From Tubiluchus corallicola (lineage: Eukaryota > Animalia > Priapulida): DNA of 64,000 nucleotides. A program made the position numbers and the translations under genes. The notes below the pieces were generated by a model. The model had not been told where the DNA came from, made no database searches, and saw only the letters and a list, made by a program, of their open reading frames with translations. Shown piece after piece: positions 60,185 to 64,000 of this stretch (position 1 is its first letter; each line of letters opens with the position of its first letter). The DNA is taken from positions 124,920 through 188,919 of the forward strand of contig JAQGDQ010000453.1 of the NCBI GenBank assembly GCA_030141605.1, written 5' to 3'.

Positions 60185-63100
60185 CTACTTATCCACCTTC
60201 ACATCACCATTACCAACTTCAGACAAAACACTGTCTAGTGACGTTGTACTAAATTCCTCACACTTTGCAAACAAAACCATGTGCTCGTCGCGTTCAACAA
60301 ATGGTTTCAACATGTTGATATGATATGTTCTTGTATGGCACTTGCGTGCACATTTGCCTCCTAAATGTATTTTATATGTCCAATCAGATAATTTATCAAC
60401 AACTGTAAAGGGGCCACGATAGCGCTTTTGCATTTTGCTTTTTCCTTCAGACATTAAAACAAGAACTTTTTGACCTATTTCAAGCGAGCGTTCTGAAGTG
60501 GTTTTATCATACCAATTTTTCTGTGATATTTTAGCTTTTTGCAAAGCTTCATGGGCATCAGCAGTTGACTCTTCTACAGTGTTAATTATGCGAGTCACGT
60601 AATCATCAATTTCCTCCCACTTAGGAGCTTCTACAGAGCCCCAACGTTCCTTTAGGGCAGCCAAAGGCCCACGCACGGGAAAACCGTAAACTAGCTGAAA
60701 TGGAGCATACCCAGTGGATTCTTGGGGTACTTCCCGGAAAGCAAATAAAATGAACGGAATAGTTTCATCCCAGGGTAAATGTTTCTCATTTTGCATGACT
60801 TTTAAAATGCAGGATTTCAATGAGCCATTAAATCTCTCAGTTAACCCATTCCCCTGTGGGCTATATGGGGAAGTGAAAATTCCCTTTACACCCAAGGCCT
60901 GTTCTAAATCATGGATTAACTGTGATGTGAATTGAGTACCTCTGTCGGTTAAAATCTCACGCGGGATGCCATGTCGACATATGTATTGCAGTAAAGCTTT
61001 AACAACAGTAGTGGTTTCAATATTTGTTAGAGGGTAGCAATCGGGGTACCTCGTGGCATGGTCTATTATTACTAACGCATACTTATTCCCCGAGGGTGTT
61101 CTCTTCATAGGCCCGATAACATCCATGGCTATAGTTCGAAATGCAATCGAAGGTATGGACAATGGTTTTAATTTTGCTTTATCAGAACGTTTAATTCTCG
61201 CCGTTTTCTGACATGGGACACATGAGCGGCAATATTGTATCACTGAACGTTTAACTCTAGGCCAAATACATTCTTGTAAAACACGTTGGGTAGTTTTACG
61301 TATGCCCAGGTGACCAGCCATGTGCGCATCATGTGCCAAAGATAAGACTGCCAAACGTCTAGACTTGGGTACAACCAAAAGTTCGCGGGGTTCAGCATCG
61401 CGCTTTTCACGTGTCAGGTAATATAAAACCCCATCTTTAATGAAGTAACCCTTTCTTTGGGCACGAGCTACTGTTTCTGTGACTGCGTGATCACGTAAAT
61501 TGCGCAAACTAACATCATCGCGCTGTTCTTGCTGCAATTGTTCTTTACTAAGCTGTAACAGCTGCTGTTGCTGTGCTTTAGTAGCTATGCCAGATGCAAT
61601 ATTTTTTTCCGCTTTTTGATCAGCGTTTAAACTACTTAGTAATTGTTTCTCACTGTGAGCTCCTGCTTGTAGCTGCTTTGCTTTTGATCGGGTTATAGCA
61701 AAAGCTTTTTTTGAATTACCAGTTCGTTTCGCGACATTGGTATTTCCGCTCACAAGTTCATCAAAATAATGTGACGTATCTGAATTTTCAGGTGTGATAC
61801 ATTCTAAATCAACTGACTTAGGTGGTGTACTAAAACTCTGTTTAATGCTAAATGGTGTCACAGCAGTTCGGTAATCATTACCTAGCAAAAAGGGCACAGG
61901 AAGACTATCAGACACTGCCACTTTCAATCTACCATTGACTAGCATACATTCCACCTCAACAACAGCTATACGTGTATTTTTAACATCGCCATGCACACAC
62001 CAAATTTTGGTACAATTTTCACTTTGTAGAAACTGTTCTGGACGGACATAACGTGGTTGGATCAAACTCACGCTAGCACCAGAATCTCTTATACCATCGA
62101 TCCAGATACCATTAATTTTAGCTTTAAAGCTAAACTCATCAGACTCAGGTACACACTCAGGCATAGCCGCAGGTGAACTGGTAGAGTGACTGGATTGGTG
62201 ACCAGTATTTCCTGTCTTGGCCAAGAATTGACGACTAGGATTTCTACTCTTGCCACTAGTTTCACCATAATTAGGGCGTTTCGGGCACTGGGTCCTTTTG
62301 TGTCCAAGTTCTCCGCAAGTATAACAGCGTATCTTCTTCATGACGTCATTATTCATCTTTTTTCCAGAACCATTTGAAAAAACTGCCGGCCTAAAATTTC
62401 CACGCTGTTGTTGCATTGGTTTAAGTTTTGAAGCCGTACCTAATGCATTAGAAGCAATGTACAAATCAGCTTTCTCTGCCACCTTTTCCATTGTCTTCTG
62501 CCCTTGCTGCCTGACCCAAATGCTCATTTCACGGGGCATCAATGTAAGGGCCTGCTCAATACATAGCAGTTCAGAAACGTTCTCAAAGGTGGACGCTTCT
62601 TCGGCTTTCAGCCATTCTTGCAGGGCACGATCAAGCCGTACAAAAAGCTGACGGAATGTTTCATCCGGTCTCCGAGTAATCTTGCGGAAGCGCTCAAGAT
62701 ACATGTCATTGGAGAGGACATAGGCAGCTAACAAAGTCTTCCTTAAAACATTGTAATCTTGCATGCTGTCAAGTGGTACTTGTTGAAAAGCCTGGGCTGC
62801 TTTTCCGGATAAAGCTGGGCCCAGCGATGCAGCAAAGTGTTTCTCTTCAAGGCCATTAGCTTTGGCTACTGCTTCAAACCACTGTAAGAAAGTATGCAGA
62901 TCATCGGTTCCCTCTGTAAAAACACGTGATAACTTTACACGGGGTATTCGAGATGCGGTTGTAGTAAGTATGCCCTCAGATGATTGAGGAGGAACCTGTG
63001 TCACGTGACTTGGAGATGAGGCATCCAGCTCACGAAGCTTCAACTCAAACTGATACTGCTCTTTCTGCATTCGTTCTCTGCGTTCCTCACGTTCACGTTC

Positions 63101-63565
63101 CCATTCTCTCTCTTCACGTTGCATACGCTCACGCCTTTCTTCACGTTCCCGTTCCCATTCACGCTCTTTTTCGCGCTCTACCAACTTTAACTTTTCAATG
63201 TTGTAAAGGGGTACTGAACGTTCTGTCATCTCATCATCCGCAGGTTTACCATTAATAGCAGAATGCAAGGTAAGGTCGGCAGGAGGGGGAGTTGCTAACA
63301 GTTGATCAGACACACGTCTGCGCCCACTCATCTGCGCAACAGACACACTCGGTGTGCTTGACACACCTTCAACTTCTTTCGGTCTAACACTAGGTTCACC
63401 TGTCGTCACAGGGTTACCTTGTACATTCATGATTATATCAATTATTCCGGCCTTATTTGCACCCAGTGGTAAAGTTAGCCTACGTTCAACAGTTATCTGC
63501 TTTAAGACAGGTACAGTAAGTTGCTGCAATTCACTCTCCACGTAAACGCGTGACATTCTAATCAC
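60185..63565 (-). CDS. Gag-protease-integrase polyprotein, 1126 aa uninterrupted
   Basis: ORF track plus the motifs above; SCAN-like capsid segment (EQALTLMPREMSIWVRQQ..EKADLY). Confidence 0.88.
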   Translation of the reverse strand: MIRMSRVYVESELQQLTVPVLKQITVERRLTLPLGANKAGIIDIIMNVQGNPVTTGEPSVRPKEVEGVSSTPSVSVAQMSGRRRVSDQLLATPPPADLTLHSAINGKPADDEMTERSVPLYNIEKLKLVEREKEREWEREREERRERMQREEREWEREREERRERMQKEQYQFELKLRELDASSPSHVTQVPPQSSEGILTTTASRIPRVKLSRVFTEGTDDLHTFLQWFEAVAKANGLEEKHFAASLGPALSGKAAQAFQQVPLDSMQDYNVLRKTLLAAYVLSNDMYLERFRKITRRPDETFRQLFVRLDRALQEWLKAEEASTFENVSELLCIEQALTLMPREMSIWVRQQGQKTMEKVAEKADLYIASNALGTASKLKPMQQQRGNFRPAVFSNGSGKKMNNDVMKKIRCYTCGELGHKRTQCPKRPNYGETSGKSRNPSRQFLAKTGNTGHQSSHSTSSPAAMPECVPESDEFSFKAKINGIWIDGIRDSGASVSLIQPRYVRPEQFLQSENCTKIWCVHGDVKNTRIAVVEVECMLVNGRLKVAVSDSLPVPFLLGNDYRTAVTPFSIKQSFSTPPKSVDLECITPENSDTSHYFDELVSGNTNVAKRTGNSKKAFAITRSKAKQLQAGAHSEKQLLSSLNADQKAEKNIASGIATKAQQQQLLQLSKEQLQQEQRDDVSLRNLRDHAVTETVARAQRKGYFIKDGVLYYLTREKRDAEPRELLVVPKSRRLAVLSLAHDAHMAGHLGIRKTTQRVLQECIWPRVKRSVIQYCRSCVPCQKTARIKRSDKAKLKPLSIPSIAFRTIAMDVIGPMKRTPSGNKYALVIIDHATRYPDCYPLTNIETTTVVKALLQYICRHGIPREILTDRGTQFTSQLIHDLEQALGVKGIFTSPYSPQGNGLTERFNGSLKSCILKVMQNEKHLPWDETIPFILFAFREVPQESTGYAPFQLVYGFPVRGPLAALKERWGSVEAPKWEEIDDYVTRIINTVEESTADAHEALQKAKISQKNWYDKTTSERSLEIGQKVLVLMSEGKSKMQKRYRGPFTVVDKLSDWTYKIHLGGKCARKCHTRTYHINMLKPFVERDEHMVLFAKCEEFSTTSLDSVLSEVGNGDVKVDK

Positions 63566-64000
63566 AGGATAATATAGGACAAATAGTAGTTACAGTGAAA
63601 AAACTTTATGCTTGCAGAATATTTATAGATCTATCATTCAACTGACCCACACTGGCTCAGCGCATACAGCCATACAAAAATACTGTATATTAGGGGTAAT
63701 GTAAGTGCGAATCAAACAAAGTAGCAAACTAGGAATATACAAAATCTAGGCCAAGACTTTTGACTAGCCTGCAACGAAATAACGGTTTCACTAGCACTTG
63801 AAACGTTTACAGTGTAATCAAGGACAAATCGGCATTCAAGTCGGCATACACCTGGAATTATAGTGTTTACAAAATCTGCAGGAAACCTATTTAAATAATG
63901 GACAAAAAACATTCAACTGAGTAATCAATAAATTCACTCAACGGAAGATGCTATGTTCTTTCGAAATGCTTTTGCCCAAAGATTCCCCCAGAAAATTAGC

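Larger units (their letters stand above)
59422..63565 (-). mobile_element. Ty3/Gypsy LTR retrotransposon, Gmr1-like (integrase upstream of RT), RT-deleted
   Basis: Order: gag, CCHC knuckle (CYTCGELGHKRTQC), protease (DSGASVSLI), integrase HHCC + D-D-E (MDVIGP, TDRGTQF, ERFNG) + GPF, then RT remnant and RNase H (TDAS..YSVVEIELLAVV..TDQRSL..NIVADSLSR). Confidence 0.93.

Noticed and set aside
60185-60187. Programmed stop-codon read-through between integrase and RT
   Set aside because: The downstream frame is in phase, but RT is deleted and frameshifted and no read-through signal is evident; a nonsense mutation is simpler.

Overview
AT-rich, intron-rich animal genomic DNA, probably a marine invertebrate (taxon not determinable from this window). 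It holds three host genes. (1) A dual oxidase (DUOX) on the + strand: 29 exons from 388 to 34811 that splice to about 1468 in-frame codons, with the N-terminus upstream of the window. Its NADPH-oxidase half is intact, but its peroxidase-like domain lacks all canonical heme residues. (2) A two-exon gene for a 254-aa secreted leucine-rich-repeat/LRRCT protein on the - strand (40284-37689). (3) A transglutaminase on the - strand: 10 exons from 57091 to 42723, intact Cys-His-Asp triad, one GC-AG intron, 5' exons beyond the window. A Gmr1-like Ty3/Gypsy retroelement (gag-protease-integrase ORF intact, RT core deleted) lies 5' of the first visible transglutaminase exon, probably in an intron. The introns are filled with TTAA-flanked Kolobok-like MITEs, hAT, Harbinger-like and pogo-like MITEs, a solo LTR, SINE/LINE fragments, minisatellites and long microsatellites. 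Most long ORFs in the supplied track are microsatellite artefacts. All exon calls were made by manual reading of splice sites and frame continuity, with no database searches.
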